This document shows, piece by piece, positions 21,754 through 39,664 of a DNA stretch of 64,000 nucleotides; within the stretch, counting starts at the first letter, position 1, and every line of letters starts with the position of its first letter. The notes under the pieces are model-generated. The model had not been told where the DNA came from, did not search any database, and was given only the letters and a program-made list of their open reading frames with translations. This stretch comes from the human T2T-CHM13v2.0 reference genome, Homo sapiens: the NCBI RefSeq assembly GCF_009914755.1, contig NC_060946.1, one strand, 5' to 3'. The translations under genes and the position numbers were made by a program.

Positions 21754-22815
21754 TCACAAGTACATTTTCATGGCCTCGTGCGTCGTGGGGCAGTAGCGGG
21801 CATGCAGCTGGGCCAGCAGTGCCCTGGATGTGGCCTCGAACCGCGTGCCCTGGCTCTTCTTGTTCCACACGTGGACAGCATAGGTGGCACTGAGCAGCCG
21901 CGGCAGCTCCTCCGGGTTGATGTCCTCAAAGTACTTCTTCCAGTCCTGCCAGGGGATGGGGTAGAAGGCCTCAGGGGGCAGGGTGGTGACGCCGCGGCAG
22001 GCGCGGCTCTCGGCCAGGCTGCGGATGGAACACCACTTCTTGAAGACCCGCGTGAGCAGCTGCGGGCCCTGGTGACCCCAGATCCAGCCGTTGTAGTGGT
22101 CCACGAAGTCCCGCATGCACAGCGCCATGAACTCGTGCCGGCGCTCGAAGGCCAGGAACGCGCCGTTGAGGACGTAGCGGGACTGGGTGCCCAGCACGTT
22201 GGTCAGGTTCCGCAGGTTCTTGAGAACAATGAAGTCCGTGTCCAGGTAGATGCCGCCGAACTTCCACATGAGTGCGATCCTGGAGGCGTCGGAGAGCACG
22301 GGCAGCAGGTAGGGCTCCCAGCGCCCCTGCACGGCCGCGTACCAGTCGGCCAGGGGTGTGTCCCGGAACAGCTCCCGCAGGTCCAGCGGGAGCATCTGGA
22401 CATTCGGGAAGCAGCTCAGAAGTGAGATGCCCAGGTGCCGGGGCAGAGAGGCGTTGCCACCCGGAAGCCCTTTCATCAGGACCAGCACGTGGGATTCGGG
22501 GTGAGTTCTGGCGGCCGACTCCACCGAGCACATGAACAGGAAGTTGGGGTTGGTCCGGTCTGAAGTCTCCAGGAAGAAGATGTTGCCTGGAGTGGGGCCG
22601 TGGGAGGGTGGGGTGGGGGGTGTCAAGGTGGGGCAGGGGATCTCTGCTGGCAGGTTATAGAGCTGCCCTTTCTCCTTGGGCTCTCCCACAACGTGCCAGT
22701 AGATCACGATGGAGACGAAAAACGTGAACTTGAAGCCGATGATGAACAGGGTGCAGACCCGCTGCCTTGGGGCGCCCCGGAGCAGCCGCAGCAGGAGGTC
22801 GGGGGGCTTGGACAT
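21754..22815 (-). CDS. A4GALT: Lactosylceramide 4-alpha-galactosyltransferase (Gb3/CD77/P1/Pk synthase), GT32 family, 353 aa, single coding exon
   Basis: ORF MSKPPDLLLRLLRGAPRQRV...HEAMKMYL recognised as human A4GALT. It has a type II membrane anchor (~aa 23-43), Pro/Thr-rich stem, GGIYLDTD with the DXD motif at D192-D194 (22234-22242), and sequons N121 and N203. Start context is ACCATG. Confidence 0.99.
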   Translation of the reverse strand: MSKPPDLLLRLLRGAPRQRVCTLFIIGFKFTFFVSIVIYWHVVGEPKEKGQLYNLPAEIPCPTLTPPTPPSHGPTPGNIFFLETSDRTNPNFLFMCSVESAARTHPESHVLVLMKGLPGGNASLPRHLGISLLSCFPNVQMLPLDLRELFRDTPLADWYAAVQGRWEPYLLPVLSDASRIALMWKFGGIYLDTDFIVLKNLRNLTNVLGTQSRYVLNGAFLAFERRHEFMALCMRDFVDHYNGWIWGHQGPQLLTRVFKKWCSIRSLAESRACRGVTTLPPEAFYPIPWQDWKKYFEDINPEELPRLLSATYAVHVWNKKSQGTRFEATSRALLAQLHARYCPTTHEAMKMYL

Positions 22816-24356
22816 GGTATCCCCAGATCAGACCAGGAGCTTCCAGCAGGAACCGGCTGGTCTGCAAGAGATGAGCACCCGCCATCAGGGAGGCCGTTGG
22901 CATTCCCGATCCACAAGGAAAACGCTTCCTGTGAACATCAGCCAGAGCCAAGGCTGGCTTCCAAGCCCATGGGCTCCTGGGCCCACAGGGGCCAAGGCTT
23001 GAACCCCAGCCTGCTGGCTGCTCACCTACGAAATGGGAGCACAGTGGGCCATGGACTGGGGTCTGAGCAGGGTCCCTTCCACTCTCTGCGACACACCTGT
23101 GAGCTCCCCCAAGGACCAGGCCAGTGCCACCCATGGTGTGTAACCATCACAGGCCCAGGCCAGAGTCTGGTCTGCGTAAGGACTGTCAGAAGTGATGGCT
23201 TCGCCATGTGACACACAGGGCTCTGTGAGGATTGGCAGCCTGGGATTTGAGGCCCAGCTCATGCCCGCCTCAGCTCCATAAACCAGGCCTGGGGTTCGTC
23301 TAAGGACAGGCCACTGAGGGGCCCTGAGGATGTTCAGCATGAGGTCTGGGGCTCCGGCAGGCCCAGGCGTTGGTTTGCTAAGGGCTGGCCCAGCAGGTGC
23401 ACTCACAGGGCACTCGCTCCAGGCACATGACGCTGACTGGTACTACTGCCATTAGACCTCTCTTTCCTGGTGGCCAGGAACATGCCCAGGTGCCTCGCAG
23501 GTGGTTGGAGGAGCAGCAGGCTTGGACCCTGCTCCTGGGGAAAAGACTGTGGGAACACCTGGGAGGCATGAGACCCCAACTCTGCCTGAACCGGCTGTGT
23601 GACCTGGGGCAAGTTACGGAGCTCTCTGAGCCTCAGTCTTCCCACCGACAGGATAGGACGCTGGAACCCACTAAAGGGTAACATTCATTCATTCATAGTT
23701 CGATAAATACTGGCTGTCCATCCTGTCCATGCCAGGTGACTTTCTCAGCATCTCACACATAGGAACATGTGTGGCCCCTTATAACCACCCTATGGGGTGG
23801 CAATCACCACCCCCACCCTACAGATGAGGAAATTGAGGCACAGAAGTGCAGTACCTTGTGCAGAGTCCCACAGCCAGCAATGACAGTGCAGGGGGTTAGG
23901 ACCCAGGCCACCTGGCTGGGGTCCCTGCTCTCACCACTGCACCGCCCTGCCTGGGAGAGGTGGCTAGCCAATGTACCTGGTGTGTTGGAGGAACTTGGTG
24001 CATGCTGACCTGAACTGTATCGATGTTAACAGCCAGTGGGATCACCATCGACTCAGTGACTTCTACGCTCCATGACAAAGTCACACCCCCTTTGACCCTC
24101 AGCAAGCCCGAGGGGCAGTTGCATCGTTTCTACTTTAGGTGCCAGGAAACCTGGGCATAAAGTCAAGGGACTGGGTGCAACCTGATTGCTAAGGGGAGCT
24201 GAGAGTCGGTCCCCTCCCAAGGACAGGCAGAAGGTGGGGTGGCAATCCACATAGGCTGAGGGTGGTACTGGGAGCCTGGGGCTTGGTAACTTAGGCTGGG
24301 CCCTTCCCAGGGTAGAGAGCAGGGAACCTCGCTGATGTCACTGGCTGGTAACTGAC

Positions 24357-24497
24357 CAGCCTGGGCAGCCCATTGCAGAGAGGTGGGGATCCTGGCAGCC
24401 CACAGGCCTCCGGGAGACACGCCCTGGCTCAGCAGCCGACCTTCTTTGCCAACACGAACACGGCCCTTCCACACACTTGCAGCGGCTGCAAATCCAT
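24357..24497 (-). other. A4GALT: A4GALT non-coding exon 2 (141 nt, 5'UTR)
   Basis: Acceptor ccatcttttgcag|ATGGAT and donor GCTG|gtcagt. Length of 141 nt fits the recalled numbering c.-187..c.-47. Confidence 0.85.
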
Positions 24498-24750
24498 CTG
24501 CAAAAGATGGCAAGAAGAGAGTGAAACAGGTCGCTGGCTCTCAGAGGCCTCGTCCCCCTGGCCACACAGGCAGGTCAGGCCTGGGGCTCATGTGTTCACT
24601 GATTCATTCACTCGCTCCACCTCTCAGGGGACACTCAGGGAATAGGGGCAGGCCCTGCACTGGTACCCAGGAGAAGGGGAGAATCAGACACAGCCTTTCC
24701 CTAAAGGAGTTCTCAGTCTGGTGGGGGCATCATTTAGAAACAGACAAAGA

Positions 24751-25369
<619 letters not shown>

Positions 25370-26843
25370 TTAAGCACCAAGGATGAGCAGGTCAGATGGA
25401 GGAGACAGTGGTGGCTCCAGACCTCTGCAAGCACCATGGGAATAAGCATCTAGGGTTCACCTGCATCTTCTCTCCCCGGCACCCAGCTAGGTTCCCAGCA
25501 CGCAGCAGGCACATGGGAAAATGGCTCACTCTGACCCATTCACTCAACAGCCAGCAGGATGCTTTACAAGTATATCAGCCACGTCATTCTCAGCTCAGAC
25601 CCTGAATGACATGAGGCCCTGATCCACTGGGCCCCATGTGTCCCCCTGACCTCATGTTCTGCTTCTCTCCCCGCCACCTGTGCCCCAGCCACACCTGGCC
25701 GCCTGTTTTTCAGGCCTCAAACGGCTGCTAGGGCCTTGGCACCTGCTGTTCTTCTGCTTGGAGGGTTCTTCTCTCAGATGCCCACTCAAAAGTCCCCTTC
25801 CCACCAGGTCCTCCCTGGGCCCCCTGAAATTCCAACTCCCCCCATCACCTCAGAGCCCCCTCGTTTCCTCATCCTTGCATTTATTCTAACACACGGTACA
25901 TCCTACTTATTTGCTTTGGTTGTCTGTCTAGAACATAACCCCATGAGGATAGGTATGTTTTGTGTTTTGTTCAGCTCTGAAATGGTAGAACGGTGTCCAG
26001 CTCTTAGTATGTGGTCAATAAATAGGCAGTGATTCCATGAGTTAACCAATGAGTGAATTAATGAATGATCAGTAAATGAATGAATGAGTGAACGAGTGAG
26101 TGACCAGTAAGAGTGAACCAATGAGTGTGTAGATCGCTGTGTGACCAAGTGGGCCAGTGCGAAAGGTGGGGGGCAGAGGCCGGGTGAGCTCCCTGGGATG
26201 CGGGTAGCAAGGACAGGGCTGTGGTGTGAACCAAGACATGGTGCTCCCTGCCCCTGTCTTTCTTCTGCAGGGAGAGGGGCTATTTTGGTCCTGAGTACTT
26301 TTAACCCCATGTGAACCACGCGGACGGGTGGACAGTTGGAGGGCCAGTAGCAGCAGCAGGAGCCTCTGCCCACTTGGGGGCCCCGAGTGCTGGCATGATC
26401 TGACTCCATGGTGTGGGCGGGGTCCGGGCCCACTTGGAGGAGCAGGATATGTCGTCGGACCACAGTTGGGGGTGCCAGACTCAGGCCACGCCATATTTGG
26501 TGTCAGAGCCCAAGACCCAGGAATAGAAACTGTGTATGGGGCCAAGTTGGCCGCAGCCCAATATCCAGGTGACCTCAGGCCCAAAGCATGCTCCTGGCCC
26601 CCGAGACGGGCCTCGCAGTTGCAGCCTATGTCCTGGACCTTGTCAGCTGGGCCTGGCACACCCCTGCTGCCTGCCCCTGCCTCCAGGCTCACTACTTCCC
26701 GCCCTGTCACCAGGGAGCTACTCCCAGTTAGCCTGTTACTGTGGCCACTCCCCTGCTCTAAGCCCTTCCATGGCTCCCATCGCCAGGATTCCCCATGACT
26801 CATCTTAGGCAGGAAGTGAGGAGAGAGGAGAGGTGCAGGGCAT

Positions 26844-27137
26844 GGCCGGGCGCGGTGGCTCACGCCTGTAATCCCGGCACTTTGGGAGGCTGAGGCGGGC
26901 GGATCATGAAGTCAGGAGATTAAGACCATCCTGGCCAACACGGTGAAACCCCATCTCTACTGAAAATACAAAAATTAGCTGGCATGATGGTGCACGCCTG
27001 TAGTCTCAGCTACTCAGGAGGCTGAGGCAGAAGAATCGCTTGAACTCGGGAGGCAGAGGTTGCAGTGAGCTGAGATCGTGCCACTGCACTCTAGCCTGGC
27101 AATAGAGCGAGACTCCGTCTCAAAAAAAAAAAAAAAA
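26844..27137 (+). mobile_element. AluSc-like
   Basis: Full Alu; flanking near-repeat gagaggtgcaggg(g)ca is a TSD. Confidence 0.88.
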
Positions 27138-27529
27138 TCGAGAGGTGCAGGGCAATGGAGACAGAAGGCCAAAGGCTGGGTCAGACCCCTACCAGCCAGG
27201 TTCTTGCCACCAGCTCTGCAGACCCCAACTAGGGGCATCAGCATCAGGGGCTAGGCCCAAGGGCCTAGAAAAGGCCCTCCAAGCTGGTGCTTTTCATCCC
27301 TACACAAATTGCACCCCCACCTGTCCCTACAATAAGGGCGCTACCCCTCCAGCCCTGTGTCCAGCCCAGCTCAGCCTAGCACTGGCCAACCATGACCCAA
27401 CAAAACGGAGTCCGCACTGAGCCCTCCATCCAGGCTGAGTGCTGACAGAGAGGCTCCCAGAGCACCAGGGTTATGCCCTTGGAGATTCCGATGTCCTGAC
27501 GGGAACACAGAGGCCCCGAGAGGCAAAGG

Positions 27530-28320
<791 letters not shown>

Positions 28321-28613
28321 CCCTTGGTGTGAGTGGCCACGACCCTCCTGTCACTCTCGGTCACATCACTCGACATTTCCTTCAATGCCCTTGGTCATGG
28401 GCCTGGCCCGGGGAGCTGACTGAGGACTTGGAGAGCCCCATGCAGGGCAAGGGGAGGGCTCTGAGTTCCTGTGAGGGCAAGGGACGCAGGACTGCACAGA
28501 GGGAGATGTTGAGCTGTGAGGCTGTCATTGCCACAGGGGCCTCGGCCAGTCCCATAGGAGCTCTGCAGCTGGGGTGGCCATCAGAGATGTTTGTTCCAAA
28601 CCAGAGTCGGGGC

Positions 28614-28902
28614 TATGATGGTTAATTTCATGTGTCAACTTGACCAGGACACAGGGTGCCCCAATTAAACGTTACTCCTGGGTGTGTCTGGGGGTGTTTC
28701 CAGATGAGATTACCATTCGAATGGCAGACTCAGGAAGCAGATGGCCCCCAGTGTGGGTGGGCCCCCAACCCTGAGTAGAAGGAAAGGCTGAGGACGGAGG
28801 AATTCGCCCCCGTTCTCCTGCCTCACTGCTGAGCTGAGAGAGGATGTCTTATTTCATCTTCTCATTGACTGGTTCTGTTAATTTGGAGAACCCCGACTAA
28901 CC
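28614..28902 (+). mobile_element. MLT2-type (ERVL) LTR, internally deleted
   Basis: tgatggttaatttcatgtgtcaacttgac...ttggagaaccccgactaa. Confidence 0.75.
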
Positions 28903-31212
28903 CAGGGGCCTACACCAACACTGGCCCGCAGTGGGTCACTGGGGATGGGCTGCTCCCGAGGTAGGGGGCAATCTACCCAGGAGACGGGGGCTCCAGGGCT
29001 CAATGGTGGGACCAGATGGGGCCACCGCGCCCAGCGCAGCCCTCGTCCCCTGGAAATGATTGTATGTGTTTTCCGTTGTGTCAGTCCTAAGGGGCAGGGG
29101 CTCCTCGCTCTCATTCTGTTCCTGGTGCTGACACAGGTTCAGCCGACAGCAGGAGCTCAACAGATACTGATGAGATGAGGAATGGCCCTCCAGGAGAGCC
29201 AGAGGCTATTTCCACTCTTCTCATGTTCTTGGGGTCTCAACAAGAGGGCCCAGGAACTGGAACTCCAGGAGCAAAGCCACGGTCGGGTGGTGGGAGGCCA
29301 GCAGCTCATTCAAAGGTGGGAAGTGGGGAGAAGCAGGCCCAGCAGTGGCCAAGGTGGGGCGCATCAGTGACCACGACTGGATACTGCTGTGGCTTCCAAG
29401 CCTCTCCAGATAAGGAGCTGGCCCCTGTGCGTGGCCAGGCTGGGGTGTGGCCACCCCTGCTGACCTGTGATTGTGACCCCAGACCCCTGAGGTGTAAGAC
29501 ACCAGCGCCAGGGTCACACGGGTGCTCCCACTGTGTCACCAGCCATGTGACTGCAGTCAGGCCATGCTCCTCCTCGGAGCCTCAGTCTCTCTGCCCACAA
29601 AATGGGATTAACTCCACTTTGGAGGGATGGAGGGAGGCAATGCATCTCCAGGGCCCAGCCCACGGAACAGGCCCTCAACAGATGTGGCCACGGCCATCGC
29701 ATTATAGGCCTTTCCTCCGGCAGGGGAACTGGTGGGTATCTGTGTGCAGAAGTCTCTGATGGGGCTGGAAGTGAAGGACCACTCAGGATAGTGTTTAAGG
29801 TCAGGAAGCAGGGACATGCAGCCAGGACGTAGCATGCTCTTTATCATGCTCCCAGTCCCACACCTGTCACCAACTGGATGGTGAGAGCCTGCCATCCCTG
29901 TCCCATGGTCATACTTGCCTCTAGTGGAGCCAAATCGGGTCCCCTCCCCACCCACCTCCACCCTTGCCTGGTCAGACAGGGACCAAGGTGGGCTTCACCC
30001 CCAGGGTCTCCCAGCTCGTTGCCTCACGGCTTCCTTCCTGAGCAGGACTTTATGTGGCCAGGCCTGGAGGACAACGGCCTGCACCAACATACCTGAGCTT
30101 CCTTCCTGGCCCTGCCACGTGCCCACAAGACAGGCCACCTCTCTGAACCTGTCTGTGGACAGGGGTAACACCAGCACCCAGGACACAGGTTGCTGTGGGG
30201 ATTAAGTGTGGTCAGGGCTCAGCTGGATCCCAGACTCAGACAGGAGCCCGAGGTGGACCCCTGGCCAGGGTGAGGTAGAAAGGAAACTTCTCCCACTACC
30301 TTCTCCAGAGTCCCCATGACCCTAAGGTCACATGTGGCTTTGAACATCACTAACATAGCAGCTCCATAAAGAATGCTCCCGCCGCAGCAGGAGAAAAAGG
30401 AGAAAAGTCACATGCACTGCTGTTCTGCAGTGGAGGCAGAGGGGTCATCTAGGTTTACCTACCCTGCACCCATTCATCCTCCTGAGAACACCTGCTGTCC
30501 TGTGGGGAGCCACCCCTGCCTGTGGGCCCTGCTCCCTGGCTGTTGCCATAAGCACTGACTCAGGTCCAGCTAATGATAGTACCACATTCCCCTGGCCGCA
30601 GTGGTCCGGCTGAGGCACACAGAACCTAGTCAGGTCCAAGCAGAGGTATGTGCTTCCCATGGGGTCACTAGGTGTGAGCCAGGAACCGTCAAGGTAGAGG
30701 CTGCCTGGTAATGAAGCCAGCCCTGAGGCAAGCAGAGCCAAGGGAAGGAGACAGAGACCCACGTGACACTGTCATGACACGTGGATCCCACCCTACGTAG
30801 TCCACACAAGAGGAAAGGATAGCCCAGAAGTCAATGACGGAACCTTCTGATGACCTCCTCAATCGACCAATGAATGTCTCATCCCCCTGATCAGTGTCTT
30901 CTTCCTGCTTTTTCTCCCTGGGACTCCTTGTCCCTCCCCTCTTTCTCTCCCTCCTGCCACTCCAGGTTGGTGTCTCTCTCTCTCTTTCTCTCTCTCTCCT
31001 TTCTCTCTCCTCATCCCCCTCAGCAGACACCGGGATGCCTTTCTTGGTCCCTGACCCCACAACATCATATCAGGGGTGGGGCTGCAATGGCAGGAGACAG
31101 AGAGGGCCAGGGCCGGGCTCACAGGACTGAAGGCACCTAGATGTGCAGCCGCTGTTGAGGACTTGTGTCCCCCCCCCGGAAAAAGGGGCTCCCCCACCAG
31201 AGGAACACACTC

Positions 31213-33410
<2,198 letters not shown>

Positions 33411-34272
33411 AGGGCTGAAGGGCTGTTTGTAAGAAGGGCAGAAGGGCTCTTTTCAGAGCAGAGGTTACAAAATATTCTTCCTCCCAGGCCTTTAACACCT
33501 CAGAAGCCAGGAATCAAGCAGGCGGTCTTGCTGTCTGGGTGGACGTTACAAACAGAAAACTCAGGGAGGTGGACTTCATTCCAGGAGGAATAAGGCAGCA
33601 GCTTAGTTCTGAATTTTCCCTCTTCTACCAAATTATACAAAGCAACATGGGTAAAGACAAATGAGAGAAACTAAGAGGCAGGGAAAACCCGCAAACTCCC
33701 AACCACAGTTGAGTGTGGCCCAAAGCACCTGCGGGCAGCAGACATGGCAATGGGGGGGCCGGGGGGGGGCGGCGGAGGCGGGGGAGCTCAAGAGTGGAAG
33801 ACCCCAGAAAAGGCCACTCCTAAAAGGGAGATGGCAGAAGGCATGAGCTACGGCCAGAATGAACTGGGAGTACTCAGGGCTGGAGGCAAGTGACCTCTTG
33901 AGACAGGTTAGGTTCTGGAGGTGAAAGAGGAGTGGATGCAGAGAAAGGCCATACTTTAAAAAGCACAACCCATTACCATGGCAACAGAGGAGGGAGCCTT
34001 TCACCAGAGAAACCCAGAGAACTGTCCTGGCTTCTCTCCCAATTTCCACCAAAACCTCCTGTTAATTGCCACTCCAGGAAAATTCAACTAATTCAAATAT
34101 GGAAAAAAATTTAAAGGCATAAAACAAAATGGAAACGGGGGTGAGGAGCACAAATACTCGCTTATATATAAAGAAAATTCACTATGAAAATATTGCCACA
34201 GCCGGGCGCAATGGCTCATGCCTGTAATCTCAGCACTTTGGGGGCCCGAGGTGGGTGGATCACTTGAGGTCA

Positions 34273-34569
<297 letters not shown>

Positions 34570-34572
34570 TTA

Positions 34573-34929
<357 letters not shown>

Positions 34930-35049
34930 TCAAAAAAAAAAAAAAAAAAAAAATTGGCCGGGTGCGGTGGCTCACGCCTGTAATCTCAGCACTTTGGGAG
35001 GCCAAGGCGGGCGGATCACGAGGTCAGGAGATCAAGACCATCCTGGCTA

Positions 35050-35272
<223 letters not shown>

Positions 35273-35384
35273 CTAATCTTGAAGGAGAAAAAGATTTTTA
35301 GATTAGATTTCAAGCATAACCTGTAACCTATCTCTATTCTCTATTCAAGAGACATACCTTAAACGAAGTAACTTAGAATGGTTA

Positions 35385-35753
<369 letters not shown>

Positions 35754-36233
35754 TTAATATAAAATGATGCAAAATCACAACAAACCTCACTAAATTAGCC
35801 AAAGAAGGGCAATTTATTATGCTAACGGTATAATTCATAATGCATCAAATAATACTGTAGCAATTTTCAGAATAGAAAAATTACAGATACTAGGATAAAT
35901 ATATCAAAACACTAATAAGAGATTTTAATTTACCACTTTCAGTTCAAGAAACATTAAGTAGCATGAACAGAAATAAGAATTCAGAAGACCCAAATAAGAT
36001 AATCAGTAAGGTACTATAATATTTCAAACTCTCTACCCTAGTGATAGATACTGTGCTTTCTTTTCAAGAGCTGAGCTGATGGAACAGTCATGAAATCTGA
36101 CCATATTCAGTCCAAAGAAAATGTCAATAACATCCAAAAAATATTTTAAAAATTTATGATTATGAAGCAATATGACTAGAAATTAATTTAAAAATCGGGA
36201 ATTTTTTAAAAAATTTTATCTATGGGATTCCTA

Positions 36234-36392
<159 letters not shown>

Positions 36393-36878
36393 TTAGCCAG
36401 GCATGGTGGCACATGCATGTAGTCCCAGCTACCTCGGGAGGCTGAGGCACGAGAATTGCTTGAATGGGAGGCAGAGGTTGCAGTGAGCTGAAACTGCATC
36501 ATCATTTTCTACCCTGAATGACTGAGTGAGAGACTCTTTCTCAAAATATAACACCACCACCACCAACAAATACCAAAACACCAAGTATCCATATCTACAG
36601 GATACAGCTACAGCAATGATCAGGATATTTTTAGCCACCAGTGTATGTAACAATTAAAACAGAAAGGATAAAAATAAATAAAGCACCAGTTTAAAAATGT
36701 TAGAAAAAGAACCACAAAATAAAACACAGAAACATGGCTGGTCATGGTGGCTCCTGTCTGTAATCTCAGAGCATTTTGGGAGGCTGGGGTGGGAGGATCG
36801 TTTGAGACCAGCCTGGGCACCACAGTGAGACTGTCACTACAAAAAAAAAAAAAAAAAGGCTGGGTGCGGTGGCTCACG

Positions 36879-37262
<384 letters not shown>

Positions 37263-37434
37263 TCAAAAAATAAAAAAATTTAGCCAGGTGTGGTGGTGTG
37301 TACCTGCAGTGCCAGCTACTCAGGAGGATCACCTGAGCCTGGGAAGTTAAGACTGCACTGAGCCATGATGGTGCCACTGCACTTCAGCCTGTATGACACG
37401 GCAAGACCCTGTTTTGAGAAGAGGAAAGAGAGAA

Positions 37435-37494
37435 GGAAGGAAGGAAGGAAGGAAGGAAGGAAGGAAGGAAGGAAGGAAGGAAGGAAGGAAGGAA
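37435..37494 (+). repeat. (GGAA)15 microsatellite
   Basis: Direct count. Confidence 0.95.
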
Positions 37495-39424
37495 AAGAAA
37501 TCAATTAGGGAAGAAATAAGCGGTAGAACTAATAAATAAGGTAAAAAGCTGGCTTGTTGGAAAAAAGCCAATAAAATATACAACCACCAACTAACCTAAT
37601 CAAGATAGGAGGGTGGGGAGAAAGCTTCCCATACAAACTAGGAAATGCTAAATGGGAAAATAACCAAATAAGCAGATAATTGTTTTAAAAAATAAGATAG
37701 TACTTAGCAAATAAAATTTAAAACCTGAATAAAATAATTTCTGGACAAAAATAATAAATCAAATGGATCCCAGAAGACATAGCTAATCTACACAGGACAA
37801 CTTCCACATTAGAAACAGAATTATAAAAGGACTACCATTACAAAACAAAAGCACCAGGGCAAAACATTTTGGGAGGGAATCCTGGAAAACTCAGAAATAA
37901 CAGATAATGTTTAAACTGTTAAACAGGAACATATAGAAAGGAAAATTTAAATATAAATATATATATATATTTTTTAAGACAGGGTCTGCTGTCACCCAGG
38001 CTGGAATGCAGTGGCACGATCATGGCTCACTTACAGCCTCTACTTTCCACGCTCAAGTACATGATCCTCCCACCTCAGCCTCCTGAGTAGCTGGGACTAC
38101 AGGCACATGCCACCATACCAGGTTCATTTTTAGTAGAGATGGGGTTTCACCATGTTACCCAGGCTGGTCTTGAATTCCTAGGCTCCCACCTGCCTTGGCC
38201 TCCCAAAATGCTGGAACTACAGGCACGAGCCACTGTGCCAGGCAAAAAAAAAAAAAAAAATTTAAGTAAAGCAAATACTTAAACCAAAACCTGACAACGG
38301 CTTCACAGAATATCCTTCTGACCAATTTCACTTATGAATATTATTGTAAAAATCCAAAATAAAATATAAGCAAATAGAATTCAGCAGCACATTAAAATTA
38401 AATGGAGGCCAAGTACGGTGGCTCGTGCCTGTAATCCCAGCAGTTTGGGAGGCTAAGGCAGGTGGATCACTTGAGGACAGGAGTTTGAGACCAGCCTGGC
38501 CAACATGGCAAAAACCCATCTCTACTAAAAATACAAAAATTAGCCCAGTGTGGTGGGGCACAACTGTAATCCCAGCTACTTAGGAGGCTGAGATACGAGA
38601 ATCGCTTGAGCTTGCGAGGGACAGGTTGCAGTGAGCCAAGACTGCACCACTGCATTCCAGCCTGGGTGGCACAGTGAGACTCTGTCTCAAAAAATAAAAA
38701 AAATAAAAAAATGGGGGTGATTCAGGAATGCAAGTGGGGTTTATTCAAAGAATGCAAGGATGGTTCAACATAATTAGGAAATCATGAATATAATTCATCA
38801 TATTAAATAGATCTAAGCAGAAAAATCATCATCCCCAGTGACACCAAAAAACATTTAACAAAGTAGCCAACACTTAGTAAATTATGAATCAATGGACACT
38901 TCCTTAACAAAATTATATAGATTAACACAGAAGCCAGGAACCAGCTTCATACTCCAGAGAGTACGAATACACAGTTTCATACCTGGGCACTAATACTAAG
39001 CTCAGGGAAGACACAGATGCTGCCACCACCATCACTATACTGGGTGTATTTATCAGAGGAATTTGACAAAAGAAAGAAAACCCAATAGAAATAGTTAAAA
39101 CTATTGCTATTTTCATATGATATTATTGTATACCTGGAAAAGTCAAGATAAATAATTGAAAAAGTAAAAACTAAAGATGGTAGTATAAACACACACACTT
39201 AAATATAAATAACAAGTCACTAGAAGGTATGGGAAAAGAGAAGACCCCGCTTACAACAACAGTCGCGATACTCAGGGTTAAACTTAACAAAAGATATTAA
39301 ACATCTATGTGAGGCTGGGTGCAGTGGCCCACACCTGTAATCCCAGCACTTTAGGAGGCTGAGGCAGCCAGATTGCTTGAGCCCAGGAGTTCAAGACCAG
39401 TCTGGACAACATGGTGAAACCTCA

Positions 39425-39664
<240 letters not shown>

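Larger units (their letters stand above)
20985..22861 (-). other. A4GALT: A4GALT exon 3 (46 nt 5'UTR + CDS + 3'UTR)
   Basis: Acceptor ctcatctcttgcag|ACCAGCC at 22863-22862, 46 nt upstream of the ATG. 3' end inferred from AATAAA and a CA about 15 nt downstream. Confidence 0.9.

Noticed and set aside
21685-22425. 246-aa ORF antisense to the A4GALT CDS (also the 186-aa alternative-frame ORF 21971-22531)
   Set aside because: Expected shadow ORFs of a CDS with very high GC at third positions; no recognisable domain.
26069-26863. 264-aa ORF in intron 1
   Set aside because: Begins in an Alu, ends in an L2-type (TCAT)n-like tail, no recognisable domain.
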